NCBI GenBank assembly: GCA_035221665.1
Contig: CM069132.1
Span: 156,364,001-156,428,000 of the forward strand
Direction of reading: 5' to 3'
DNA: 64,000 bases
Source: Okamejei kenojei
Taxonomy: Eukaryota
Shown one piece after another: positions 1-12,900 of this stretch. The position numbers and the translations under genes were made by a program. The notes beneath the pieces were generated by a model. It was not told the DNA's origin. It did not search any database and worked only from the letters and a program-made list of their open reading frames with translations. Position 1 is the stretch's first letter. Each line of letters opens with the position of its first letter.

Positions 1-690
1 AGGAGGTGCAGGTGAACCTCTCGCACCTGGAAATACTGCTTGGGTCCTTGGATGGAGTCGGGGGGGGGGGGGGGGGGGGGGGGTTTTAAAGCGACAAGTG
101 TAGCATTTCCTGCGGTTGCAAGGGAATGTGCCAGGAGAGGGGGTGGTTTGGGTGGGAAGGGACGAATTGACCAGGGAGTTACGGAGGGAACGGTCTCTGC
201 GGAAAGCAGACAGCGGAGGAGATGGGAAGATGTGAGCAGTGGTGGGATCACATTGGAAGTGCCGATAATGTCGGAGGATTATTTGTTGTATGTGACGGCT
301 GGTGGGGTGGAAGGTGAGGACAAGGGGGACTCTGCCCTTGTTACGAGTGGGGGGATGGGGAGAGAGAGCAGAGTTACGGGGTATAGAAAAGACCCTGGTG
401 AGAGCCTCATCTACAGTAGAAGAGGGGAACCCCCGTTCCCTGACGAATGAGGACATCTCCAATGCCCTGGTGTGGAACACCTCATCCTGGGAGCAGATGC
501 GGTGTAGACGGAGGAATTGGGAGTAAGGGATGGAGTCCTTACAGGAAGCAGGGTGGGAAGAAGTGTAGTCTAGATAGCCATGGGAGTCAGTGGGTTTATA
601 GTGGATGTTGATCAGGAGTCTATCCCCTGCGATGGAGATAGTGAGGTCAAGAAATGGTAGGGAAGTGTCGGAAATGGTCCAGGAAATGTC
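1..690 (-). mobile_element. Penelope-like retroelement fragment (RT C-terminus to GIY-YIG linker)
   Basis: Reverse complement resembles the Penelope copy at 58.5-61 kb (KPTDSHGYLDY, CKDSIPYSQFLRLHRICSQDE-type peptides). Confidence 0.8.
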
Positions 691-1189
691 AGAAATAACT
701 CAGAGGGGACATTCAGCATCTCTGGAGAGAAGGGATGGGTGATGTATCAGGTTCGAGACCCTCCTTCCTCTCGATCCGAAACATCACCTATTCCTTCTCT
801 CCAGAGATGCTGTCTCTGAGATTTTACACATGCTGGTTTGCAAAAAAATTCAGAGTGAGAGAGGGGCAGAGAGGCAGAGGCACAGAGAGACAGAGGGACA
901 GGCAGGGAGAGAGACAGAGACACCGGCCAACATGTCCCATCTACACTAGTCCCACCTGCCTGCATTTGGCCCATATCCCTGCAAACCTGTCATATCATGG
1001 GGACAGTCCCTGCCTCAACGACCTCCTCTGGCAGCTCGTTCCATACACCCACCACCCTCTGTGTGAAAAAGTTACCCCTCGGATTCCTATTAAATCTTTT
1101 CCCCTTCATCTTGAACCTATGTCCTCTGGTCCGCACTCCCCCTACTCTGGGCAAGAGACTCTGTGCATCTACCTGATCTATTCATATAA

Positions 1190-1561
1190 AAATATAGAAA
1201 ATAGGTGCAGGAGGAGGCCATTCGGCCCTTCGAGCCAGCATTGCCATTCATTGTGATCATGGCTGATCGTCCCCAATCAATAACCCGTGCCTGCCTTCTC
1301 CCCATATCCCTTCATTCCACCAGCACCTAGAGCTCTATCTAACTCTTTCTTAAATCCATCCAGTGATTTGGCCTCCACTGCCCTCTGTGGCAGGGAATTC
1401 CACAAATTCACAACTCTATGGGTGAAAACGTTTTTTCTCACCTCAGTCTTAAATGGTCTCCCCTTTATTCTAAGACTATGGGCCCTGGTTCTGGACTCGC
1501 CCAACACTGGGAACATTTTTCCTGCATCTAGCTTGTCCAGTCCTTTTATAGGACTGGACAA
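1190..1561 (-). mobile_element. CR1 LINE 3' end
   Basis: ORF 1277-1561 (GLDKLDAGKMFP...VVNLWNSLPQ) is a CR1 ORF2 C-terminus, followed by the CR1 3' UTR. Confidence 0.85.
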
Positions 1562-1582
1562 GCTAGATTTTCCAGTCCAGTT

Positions 1583-1613
<31 letters not shown>

Positions 1614-1685
1614 GTCTGTCTGTCTGTCTCTCTCTGTGTCTGTCTCTCACTCTCTCCGTCTCTCCCTCTCTCTGTGTGGCCTTAC

Positions 1686-2269
1686 CTGGCATGTGTTTTT
1701 CGATGTGGACGACTGTCTCGTTGATGCCCTGTCGCCCTTGTGCGGTGGCTCTGGGGACGAGCTCTTGCTGCGTTTGCGTCTCCGTTGTCTCCTCTCGGCT
1801 CTGTCGGGGAGCTCCTGGTCATCGCTGCTGTCCGGCGGTGCAGGCTCGCGGGTGTTGAAGTTGAGGTCGTAGTGAAAGGGCCGCTGGTCCCCATCACCAA
1901 CCACCACCGGCCCCCGGTCCTCTGGTCCCGTCACGGAGATGCGGACCAAGCCGCCGGAGGAGGTCTCGGGGACGGCGGCGTGGTGCCGGTGGTGGTGGGG
2001 GGAGGTGAGGGGACGGGTTGTCCTGGGCTCCGGCGTCGGTCCGGCCAGCTGGCTCGGGTCCGGCAGCCCCTCCGGCCGTTGTCCCATCACCGGGCCCCAG
2101 TCAGCCTCGTCCCCGCCCATCTCCTCGTACGCTGACCGCACGCCCGCCTCTCGCTCCAGCCCGGCAAAGTCCCGGCCCTTGGGTTTGGTGAGGAGCCGGG
2201 CCGGAGCCGGCCGGCGGCAAGACACCGCCATCCAGTTGCCATCGGGGCTGTGCAGCGCTGTGGACGGAC
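1686..2269 (-). CDS. Internal coding exon of an unidentified gene (low-complexity, His/Arg/Ser-rich region)
   Basis: GC/CpG-rich open frame GPSTALHSPDGNWMAVSCRR...SKNTCQ; acceptor gttgcgctgcag| and donor CAG|gtaagg; phase-1 start matches the exon at 5378-5558. Confidence 0.6.
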
Positions 2270-2354
2270 CTGCAGCGCAACGGGATCATCAGCGGCACAC
2301 CACCAGGGCCAGAACCATCCCCCCTCGACACCTAGCTCCAGCTCAACAACCCTC

Positions 2355-4760
2355 TCCTCACCAATCCCAACGTCTAGCACCATCTCCTCACCAATCCCAA
2401 CATCTAGCACCAATCCCAACATATTGTGTTTTCTGAGTCATTCGTAACTGTCACTGTATGTCATGTTGCTACTTGTGCGCGGAGCACCAAGGCAAATTCC
2501 TTGCATGTGAATACTTGGTCAATAAACTTACTTACTCACCAATCCCAACATCTAGTTGCCAATCCCAACATCTACTCACCAATCCCAACATGTACTCACC
2601 AATCCCAACATATACTCACCAATCCCAACATCTACTCACCAATCCCAACATCTATATAACCATATAACCATATAACAATTACAGCACGGAAACAGGCCCT
2701 CTCGGCCCTTCCAGTCCGTGCCGACCATTTGTTTTCACCTAGTCCCATCTACCTGCACTCAGACCATACCCCTCCATTCCCTTCCCGTCCATATACCTAT
2801 CCACTTTACTTTTAAATGTTAAAATCGATCCTGCCTCCACCACTTCTGCTGGAAGCTCATTCCACACAGCCACCACCCTCTGAGTAAAGAAGTTCCCCCT
2901 CACATTATCCCTAAACTTCTGTCCCTTAATTTTCATGTCATGCCCTCTTGTTTGAATCTTCCCTACCCTCAATGGGAAAAACGTATCCACGTCAACTCTG
3001 TCTATCCCTTTCATCATTTTAAAGACCTCAATCAAGTCCCCCCTTAACCTTCTGCGCTCCAAGGAATAAAGACCTAACTTGTTCAACCTTTCTCTGTAAC
3101 ATAGTTGCTGGAACCCTGGCAACATTCTAGTAAATCTCCTCTGTACTCTCTCTATTTTGTTGACATCCTTCCTATAATTAGGCGACCAAAATTGTACACC
3201 ATACTCCACAATTGGTCTTACCAATGCCTTGTACAATTTTAATATTACTTCCCTACTCCTATATTCAATGCTCTGATTTATAAAGGCCAGCACACCAAAG
3301 GCTTTCTTTACCACCCTATCTACATGCGATTCCACCTTCAGGGAACTATGCACAGTTATTCCTAGATCCCTCTGTCCCACAGCATTCCTCAATTCCCTAC
3401 CATTTACCATGTACGTCCTATTTTGATTTGTCCTGCCAAGATGTAGCACTTCACACTTAACAGCATTAAACTCCATCTGCCATCTTTCAGCCCACTTTTC
3501 CAAATGGCCCAAATCTCTCTGTAGACTTTAAAAATCTACTTCATTATCCACAACACCACCTATCTTAGTATCATCTGCATACTTACTTATCCAATTTTCC
3601 ACCCCATCATCCAGATCATTGATGTGCATTACAAACAACAGTGGACCCAACACAGATCCCAGAGGCACCCCACTGGTCACCGGCTTCCAACCTGACAAAC
3701 AGCCATCCACCATTACTCTCTGACATCTCCCATTCAGCTACTGTTGAATCCATCTTGCTACTCCGCCATTAACACCCAAAGATTGAACCTTCTTAACCAA
3801 CCTTCCATGGGGAACCTTGTCAAAGGCCTTACTGAAATCCATATAGAAAACATCCACTGCTTTACCCTCATCAATTTCTCTAGTTACCGCTTCAAAACAT
3901 TCAAGAAGGTTTGTCAAACATGACCTTCCAGGCACAAATCCATGTTGACTGTTCCTGATCAGACCCTGTTTATCTCTGTCTATTATCTTTTTCATCTTTC
4001 TCGCCTACATTTTGGGTCTGAGTGCTTCCCTTCTCTGCCTCTTGCCCCACACCCTGACCCCTAGCCCCCTCTACCCGAGTCCCTCCCCCCAGCCTTTCTA
4101 GTTTAAAGTCTCCCCAGTAGCCTTTGCAAATCCTTTGTGTACAGATCATGCCTTCCCCAAAAGAGGTCCCAGTGATCAAGAAACTTGAATCCCTGCCCAC
4201 TGCACCAGTCCCTCAGCCACGCATTTATCCTCCACCTCATTTCATTCCTACTCTCACTGTCACGCGGTACAGGCAGTAATCCTGAAATCGTTACCCTTTT
4301 GGTCCTTCTCCTTAACTTTCCCCCCAACTCCCTAAATTCTCCCTTCAGGACCTCGTCACTTTTTCTGCCTATGTCATTGGTACCTATGTGTACCACAACA
4401 TCAGGCTCATCTCCCTCCCTTATCAGAATCTACTCACCAATCCCAACATCTACTCACCAATCCCAACATCTACTCACCAATCCCAACATATACTCACCAA
4501 TCCCAACATCTACTCACCAATCCCAACATCTACTCACCAATCCCAACATCTACTCACCAATCCCAACATCTACTCACCAATCCCAACATCTACTCACCAA
4601 TCCCAACATATACTCACCAATCCCAACATCTATTCACAATTCCCAACATATACTCACCATTCCCAACATATACTCACCAATCCCAACATATACTCACCAT
4701 TCCCAACATATATTCACCATTCCCAACATATACTCACCCATTCTGACATCTACCAACATC
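2355..4760. repeat. 20-bp minisatellite (TACTCACCAATCCCAACATC)n split by a CR1 insertion
   Basis: Arrays visible at ~2355-2653 and ~4429-4760. Confidence 0.9.
2654..4430 (-). mobile_element. CR1 LINE, 5'-truncated and internally deleted (ORF1 esterase end fused to ORF2 RT)
   Basis: VHIGTNDI esterase motif (4103-4396); RT motifs DFSKAFDKVPH and YADDTK; C-terminal ORF 2739-3512; (ATAACCAT)n tail. Confidence 0.9.
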
Positions 4761-5128
4761 TACACCACCAATCCTCACCTGTCCTGTTGCCCCAACATCT
4801 CCCTCCCTCACCCCCAATATCCAGCACCATACCCTCTCCAGCCCAACTCCACACCTGTCCCCAAAACATCCAGCACCCTTACCCCTCTCCACCCCCGCTT
4901 GCCACCAACATCTACCACTGTCCCCTCTCCAACCCCAACGTCTTCCACCCACACCCCTCACCACCCCCCCTCCGCCCCCGTTCCCAATATCCCCCACCCT
5001 CCCACACCGCACCTATCCTGTTACCCCCAACCTGCCGGAGGAGGTAGTTGAGGCTGGGACCATCCCATCGTGCATGGATAGGTCAGGTTTGGAGGGATGT
5101 GGAAGAAGTGCAGGGACAAGTGTGGGCA

Positions 5129-5340
5129 GGGCATGTTGGGCGGTGTGGGCAAGTGGGCCGAAGGGCCTGTTTCCATGGTGTGTCACTCTATGACTGGTGT
5201 AGCTGGGACATGTTGGGCGGTGTGGGCAAGTTGGGCCGAAGGGCCTGTTTCCACGCTGTATCACTCTATGACTGGTGTAGCTGGGGCATGTTGGTCGGCG
5301 TGGGCAAGTTGGGCTGAAGGGCCTGTTTCCACGCTGTGTC
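5129..5340 (+). repeat. Three tandem copies of a CR1/SINE 3'-tail segment
   Basis: Repeated GGGCAAG(T)TGGGCCGAAGGGCCTGTTTCCA core with period ~78 bp. Confidence 0.7.
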
Positions 5341-5377
5341 TCTCTAGGACCCTGAGACTCCCCCCTCTGAAGGGTAC

Positions 5378-5558
5378 CTGCGTTGTCCAGCAGCTCCATG
5401 CTCTGCCACTCGGGCAGTGAGTAGGGCCGGATGTCCAGGTGTTGGGACGGCTGAGACACGGCCTGGCTCCACGCAGACTCCGAGCGCCACAAGCTGCCCT
5501 CCGCTCCCTCCCTGCTCTCCACCTCCTCCTGAGTCAGGCACAACTCTGACTGGGACCT
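5378..5558 (-). CDS. Upstream coding exon of the same unidentified gene
   Basis: Polypyrimidine acceptor cttccttcccag|; open frame RSQSELCLTQEEVES...MELLDNA; donor GCAG|gtaccc (phase 1) joins in frame to exon 1686-2269. Confidence 0.5.
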
Positions 5559-5629
5559 CTGGGAAGGAAGAACAGGCAAGTTAGGTATGACCGGTGCAGT
5601 TGGGGCACGGTGGTCAACGTGGGCACGAT

Positions 5630-5939
5630 TAGTTTAGAGACACAGCGTGGGAACTGGCCCTTCAGCCCACCGGGTCCGCACCGACCAGCGACCCCCGCAC
5701 ATTAACACCATCCTACACCCACTGGGGACAATCTTTACATTTACCAGGCCAATTAACCTACAAACCTGCACGTCCTTGGAGTGTGGGAGGAAACCGGAGC
5801 ACCCGGAGAAAACCCAGGCAGGTCACCGGGAGAACGTGCAAACTCCATACAGACAGCACCCCATCGTCGGGATCGAACCCAGATCTCCGGCGCTGCATTC
5901 GCTGTAAGGCGGCAACTCTACCGCTGCGCCACCGTGGCC
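5630..5939 (-). mobile_element. tRNA-derived SINE (HE1/V-SINE-like)
   Basis: A-box TGGCGCAGCGG, B-box GTTCGATCC, V-SINE-like core GGGTTTTCTCCGGGTGCTCCGGTTTCCTCCCACACTCCAA. Confidence 0.8.
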
Positions 5940-6529
5940 GGCCAGTTTAGTTTACCGAGGTACAGTGAAAAGCTGTTGTGCGAAGAATAGCCGCTCTTTA
6001 GTAAGAAGATACAGAAGCTTGAAAGCGCGCACCACCAGACTCAGGAACAGCTTCTTCCCCTCTGTTATCAGGCTTCTGAACGGCCCTTCCATAAGCTAGG
6101 GTACCGTCCGATTCACCTCTACCCCATTGCGGACATTGGGCTTTGTCTCTGGAACTCTACAATGCTGAGAACTATATTCTGCACTCTGTGTCTTCCCCTT
6201 TGCTCTACCTATTGGACTGGAGTTTGACCTGATTGTATTAATGTGTGGTATTATCTGATCTGTTTGGCCAGCATGCACCACAAAGCTTTTCACTGTACCT
6301 CGGTACGCGTGACAATAATGAACCCGAACCAGTTTCTCCTCCCAGCTCCCATGGCGGAGTTCCTCAGCATGACTGTTTTTGTCTTGGGGTCTACAGATTT
6401 GAACTGCAGGTAAGGCTTAGTGCTGATCTTCCAACCAACCACATCATGGACATTGCACTTTTACTCAGTAGTTCCAAAACTATCACGCTGTAAAAATATA
6501 TTCTGCTATTTGTACTACCTGCTTTACTT

Positions 6530-6850
6530 ACAGATGTTGGGGGGAGTCCAGAACCAGGGGCCACAGTTTAAGAATAAGCGGTAGGTCATTTGGAATGGAG
6601 ACGAGGACTTTTTTTTTTCACCCAGAGAGTTGTGATTCTGCGGAATTCTCTGCCTCAGAGGGTGGTGGAGTCCGATTCACTGGATGCTTTCAAGAGAAAG
6701 TTAGATAGAGCTCTTAAAGATAGCGGAGTCAGGGGATGTGGGGAGAAGGCAGGAACGGGGTACTGATTGTGGACGATCAGCCATGATCACATTGAATGGC
6801 GGTGCTGGTTTGAAGGGCCAAATGGCCTCCTGCTGCACCTATTGTCTATT
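6530..6850 (+). mobile_element. CR1 LINE 3' end
   Basis: GGGGAGTCCAGAACCAGGGGCCACAG...CTATTGTCTATTG tail, matching other CR1 tails in the window. Confidence 0.8.
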
Positions 6851-6918
6851 GGCATCTTGGTTGGTATGGAGGAGTTGGACCACGGGGCCTGTTTCCACGT
6901 TGCCTGATTATACTGTGT

Positions 6919-9900
6919 ACATCTATATTACTAAAAGTCTGATCTTGACCGCTTTTGGCTCGCTGTGCTGTGATTTCCGAGAGAACGCCGCCACCTATGG
7001 CCGTCATTTTCGGCCACCTCGCTCAGGGCCCTCCTCCGCCTTCCAGGACCAGAGCAGTTTTTCCAGTGATGAAAACTCAGAGAGATATTACTGTTTTAAA
7101 AATATTCCCCATTCTCTCTGCTGCCCCTGCTGCAGGGAGGGGGAGGGACTGTAAAACTAGGAAGTGGTGTGCCTCACTCAGTCTCTGCAAGATGGAGGAA
7201 GCCAGTGGTGTGCCTCACTCAGTCTCTCTGAGCTCTGAATACATGTCTACTCAACTGTGAGTGCCCTTAATGTGATTCTAAAAAGGTTGCAAAAAGGTTC
7301 TATTGGTTCTAAAATGCTTGCAAAAAGTGTCTCTATTGGTTCTAAAAGCTTGCTGAAAGTCTCTATTGGTTCTCAAATGTTTGCCAAAGGTGTTCCTATT
7401 GCTTCCGAATTGCTTGCAGAAGGTGTCTATTGGTTCTAAAATGCTTGCAGATGGTGCCTATTGGTTCTAAATTACTTGCAAAAAGTGTCTATATTGGTTC
7501 TAAATTGCTTGCAAAAAGTGTCTGTTGGGTCATAAATGCGTGCAAAAAGTGTCTTCGCTCAAAAATGTTTGCCAAAAGTGTCAATTGGTTCTAAAATGGT
7601 TGCAAAAAGTGTCTATTGGTTCTAAAATTGTTGTAAAAATGTCTATTGGTTCTAAAATGCGTGCAAAAAGTGTGTCTATCTATATTACTAAAAGTCTGAT
7701 CTTGGCTGCTTTTGGCTCGTTGTGCTGTGATTTCCGAGAGAATGCCGCCACCTACGGCCGTCATCTTTCGCCATCTCACTCACAGCCGTCCTCCGCCTTT
7801 AAGTACCCTAGGATTTTTCCCATCGATGAAAAATCAGAGAGATATTACTGATTTTTTAATATTCCCCATTCTCTCTGCTGCCCCTGCTGGAGAGAGGGGG
7901 AGGGACTATAAATCCAGGAAGTGTTGTGCCTCACTCAGTCTCTGCAAGCTGGAGGACGCCAGTGGTGTGCCTCACTCGGTCTCTCTGAGCTCTGAATAGC
8001 ACTGAACACATATCTACTCAACTGTGAGTACCCTTAATGTGGTTCTAAAAAGCTTGCAAAAAATGTCTATTGGTTCTAAAATGCTTGCAAAAAGTGTCTC
8101 TATTGGTTCTAAAATACTTGCAACAAGTGTCTATTGGTTGTAAAATGGTTGTAGAAAGTGTCTCTATTGTTTCTAAAATGGTTGAAAAAGTGTATCTTTT
8201 GGTTCCAAAATGGTTGCAGAAAGTCTCTATTGGTTCTAAAATGGTTGCAGAAAGTCTCTATTGGTACTAAAATGCTTGCAGAAAGAGTGACTCCATTGGT
8301 TCTAAATTGCTTGCTGAAAGACTGTCTCTATTGGGTCTAAAAAGCTTGCAAAAAGTGTCTCTATTGGTTCTAAAATGCTTGCAAAAAGTGTCTCGGTCAG
8401 TTCTAAAATGCTTGCAAAAAGTGTCTCGATTGGTTCTAAAATGCTTGCAAAAAGTGTCTCGGTCAGTTCTAAAATGCTTGCAAAAAGTGTCTCGGTTGGT
8501 TCTAAAGTGCTTGCAAAAAGTGTCTCTGTTGGTTCTAAAATGAATGCAGAAGGTGTCTATTGGTTCTAAAATGCTTGCAGAAAGTGTGTCTATTTGGTTT
8601 TTCTAAAATGCTGAAATGTCTATTGTTCTAAAATCCTTGCTGAAAGAGTGTCTATTAGTACTAAAATGCTTGCAAAAAGTGTCTATTGGTTCTAAAATGG
8701 TAGCAAAAAGTGTATCTATTGGGTCTAAAATGCTTGCAGAAAGTGTCTATTGGTTCTAAAATGGATGCAAAAAGTGTCTCTATTGGTTATAAAATGCTTG
8801 CAAAAAGTGTCTCTATTTGTTCTAAATTGCTTGCAAAATGTGTCTGTTGGTTCAAAAATGCTTGCAAAAAGTGTCTTGGTTCAAAAATGCTTGCCAAAAG
8901 TGTCTATTTCTTCTACAATGGTTGCAAAAAAGTGTCTATTGGTTCTAAAATGGTTGCAAAAATGGTTTCTACTGGTTCTAAAATGCTTGTTATAGGTATG
9001 TCTGTCTATATTGACCGCTTTTGGCTCACTGTGCTGTGATTTCCGAGAGAACGCCACCACCTATGGCCATCATTTTTCGCCACCTCGCTCACAGCCGTCC
9101 TCCACCTTCCAGGATCGGAGGATTTTTCCATCGATGAAAAATCAGAGAGATATTACTGTTTTTTAAATATTCCCCATTCTCTCTGCTGTCCCTGCTGGAG
9201 GGAGGGGGAGGGACTATAAAAACAGGAAGTGGTGTGCCTCACTCAGTCCCTGCAAGATGGAGGAAGCCAGTGGTGTGCCTCACTCTGTGCTTTGAATAGC
9301 ACTGAACACATGTCTACTCAACTATACTCAAATGCTTGCAAAGAGTGTCTATTAGTTCTAAAATGCTTGCAAAAAGTATCTCGATTGGTTCTAAAATGCT
9401 TGCAAAAAGTGTCCCTATTGCTTCCAAAATGCTGGCAAAAAGTGTCCCTATTGCTTCTAAAATGCTTGGAAAAAGTGTCTCTATACCTTCAAAAATGCCT
9501 GCAAAAAGTGCCTCTATTGGTTCTAAATTGCTTGCAAAAAGTGTCTTGGTTCAAAAAGGCTTGCCAAAAGTGTCATTTGGTTCTAAAATGGTTGCAAAAG
9601 TGTCTATTGGTTCTAAAATGCTTGCAAAAAGAGTGTCTATCTATATTACTAAAAGTCTGATCTTGACTGCTTTTGGCTCGCTGTGCTGTGATTTCTGAGA
9701 GAATGCTGCCATCTACGCCATCATTTTTTTTTTTTTTGTTTTTTTTTTTATTTTTTTTTTTTTTTTTTTTTTTGTTTCGCCACCTCGCTCACAGCAGTCC
9801 TCCGCCTTCCAGGACCAGAGGATTTTCCCATTGATGAAAAATCAGAGAGATATTACTGTTTTTTAAATATTCCCCATTCTCTCTGCTGCCCCTGCTGGAG

Positions 9901-12900
9901 CGAGGGGGAGGGACTATAAAATCAGGAAGTGGTTTGCCTCACTCAGTCCTCTGCAGATTTGAGGAAGCAGTTGGTGTGCCTCACTCTGTGCTTTTGAATA
10001 GCAACTGAACACATGTCTACCTCAAGCTGTGTGTACCACTTTAATTGTGGTCTTAATGTGGTTTCTGAAATAACATATAAAAACCATATATATAACATAT
10101 TACAGCACGGAAAACAGGCCCTCTCGGGCCCTTCCAGTCCGTGCCATCATTTTTGTTTTCCCCTAGTCCATTTACCTGTAATCAAGGACCATTACCCCTT
10201 CATTCCCTTTCCCGTCCCATATACTTATCCACTTAATTTTAATGTTTAAAAATCGATCCCTGCCTCCACCACTTATGCTGGAAGCTTCATTCCAAACCAG
10301 CCACCACCCTCGAGTAAGAAAGTTCCCCCTCACGTTTTTACCCCTAACTTTTCCCGTCCCTTAAATTGGCATGTCATGGCCTCTTGTTTGAATCTTCCCT
10401 ACCTTAATGGGAGAAAACACGTTATCCACGTCAAATTGTCTATTCCCTTTCATCATTTTTAAAGAAACCTCCAATCAAGTTCCCCTTAACCTTTGTTTTT
10501 CTCCACAAGAATTAAAGAAAACCTAACTTGTTCAACCTTTCTCTGTAAAACATAGTTGCTGGAAATTCCAGGCAAAAAACACTCCTCAGTTACTCTCTCT
10601 ATTTGTTGAAAATCCTTTCATCTAATTTTAGGCGACCAAAATTGTCACCAGACCTCCAGAATTGGTCTTACCAATGCCTTGTACAATTTGATACATTAAC
10701 TTGCCCTGCCCTATATGCAATGGCCTCTGATTTATTAAAGGGCCAGGCATACAAAGGGCTTTCTTTCCACCATCTTACATGCGAATTCCCCTTCGGGAAA
10801 ACTATGCATCAGTTATTCCCTTAGGATCTCTCTGTGTCCACAACATTCTCAATTCCTTAACAATTATTTACCATGTTACGTCTATATATTTTTTGATTTT
10901 GTCCTGCCAAGATTTGTAGCATCAACTTCATCAGGCATTAAAACTCATCTGCATCTTTCAGCCAACTTTTTCCCAAAATTGCCCCAAATCTCTCGTAGAC
11001 TTTGAAAATCTACTTCATTTTTCACAAACTCCCTATCTTAGTATCAATCCTTGCATACTTACTTATTCCAATTTTCGCCCATCATCCAGGATTCATTGAT
11101 TTGGTACAATGACAAACAACAGTTGGAACCAACACAGGGATCCCTTGAGGGCCACCCCACTAGTCACGGCTTTCCAACCTGGACCAACAACGCCATTCCA
11201 CCATTTACTCTCTGACATCTTATTATTCGCCCACTGTTTGACATCCATTTTGCTACTCCGCCATTAACACCCAAAGATTGAAACCTTCTTAAACCAACCT
11301 TTCATGGGAAACTGTCTAGGACTTATGGAAATCCAAGTAGGAAACAACATCACTGCTTACCATCATCAATTTCCTAGTATACCGCTTTCAAAAAATTCCA
11401 CGCATGGGTTTGTCAATAACAAGACCTTCCAGGACCAAATCCATGTTGACTGTTCCTGATCAGACCCTGTTTATCCAGATGGCTTATATATATTAATCTC
11501 TAAGTATTCTTTCATTATTTTCCCACCACTGGACGTCAAAACTACAACAGGTCTATAATTTTAGGTATTTATGTCTCTGCATAATGCTTGCAAAAAAAAG
11601 TATCTCTTTGGTTCTATAAATTGCTTGCAAAAAAGGTGTCTCTAATTTGTTCTTTAAAAATGCTTTGCTGAAAGACTATCTCTTATTGGTTCTAAAATGC
11701 TTTGCAAAAAAGTGTCCCTATTGCTTCAAAAATGCTTGCAAAAAAGTGTCTCTATCCATTCAAAAAATGCCTCTGGCAAAAAGTTGCCTCATTGGTTCTA
11801 AATTGCTTGCAAAAAAAAAGTGTTCTTGGTCAAAAAAGGCTTGCCAAAAAGTGTTCACTTTGCGTTCTAAAAATGCTTGTAAAGTGTCTATTGGTTCTAA
11901 ATGCATGCAAAAAGAGTGGTCTATCTATATTACTAAAAGGTTGGATATTGACATGCTTTTGGCTCGCTGTGCTGTGATTTCCGAGAGAACGGACGGCCAA
12001 CCTTATGGGGCCGTCATTTTCGGCCCACCTCGCTCAGGGGGGCCCTCCTCCGCCTTCCAGGGACCAGAGCAGTTTTTTCCCAGTGATAGAGAAAATCAGA
12101 GAGATATTATGTTTTTTTTAAAATATATTCCCATTCTCTCTGCTGTGATTTCTGGAGAGGAATGGCTGCCACCTACGCCATCATTTTTTCGCCAACTCGC
12201 TCACAAGCAGTTCTCGCCTTCAGACCAGAGGATTTTCCATTGATGGAAAAATCAGAGTGACTATTTACTGTTTTTTAAATATTCCCCATTCTCTCTGATG
12301 CCCTGCTGGAGGCGGGAGGGGGAGGGGATATAAAATCATGGGAAGTGGTTTGCCTCACCTCAGTCTCTGCAAGATGAGGAAGCAGTGTGTTGGCCTTCAC
12401 TCAGTCTCTGTGAGCTCTGAATAGCACAGATCACCTTGTTCTACTCAACTGTTGAGTTGCCTTAATGTGGTTTGAAAAAGGTTGCAAAAATGTTTATTGG
12501 TCTAAAAAAGCTTGCAAAAAAGTGTCTTATTGGGTTCCTAAAATGCTTACCAAAAAAGTGTCTCGGTTGGTTCTAAAACCTTGCAAAAGTGTCTCTGTTG
12601 GTTCTTAAAATGATTGCAGAACGGTGTCTATTGGGTTCTAAAATGAATGGCAGAAGGTGTCTATTGTTTCTAAAATGCTTGCAGAAGGTGTCTATTGTTC
12701 TAAATGCTTGTTGAAAGAGTGTCAATTTGTTCTAAAATTCTTCCTGAAAAGGAGTGTCCATTTGGTTCTAAAATGCTTGCTTGAAGAAAGGGTCTATTGT
12801 TCTAAAATTCTTGCTGGGGAAAGGGAGTGTCTATTGGTTCTTAATGCCTTGCTGGAAAAGAGTGTTGATTTGTTTCTAAAATGCTTGCAAAGAGTGTCTA

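Noticed and set aside
4185-5051. 288-aa and 219-aa plus-strand ORFs
   Set aside because: Antisense CR1 plus 20-bp minisatellite and C-rich low-complexity sequence.
6330-6415. Short exon-like segment with splice-like signals on both strands
   Set aside because: Phase does not match the preferred acceptor at 5558 and the peptide is not recognisable.
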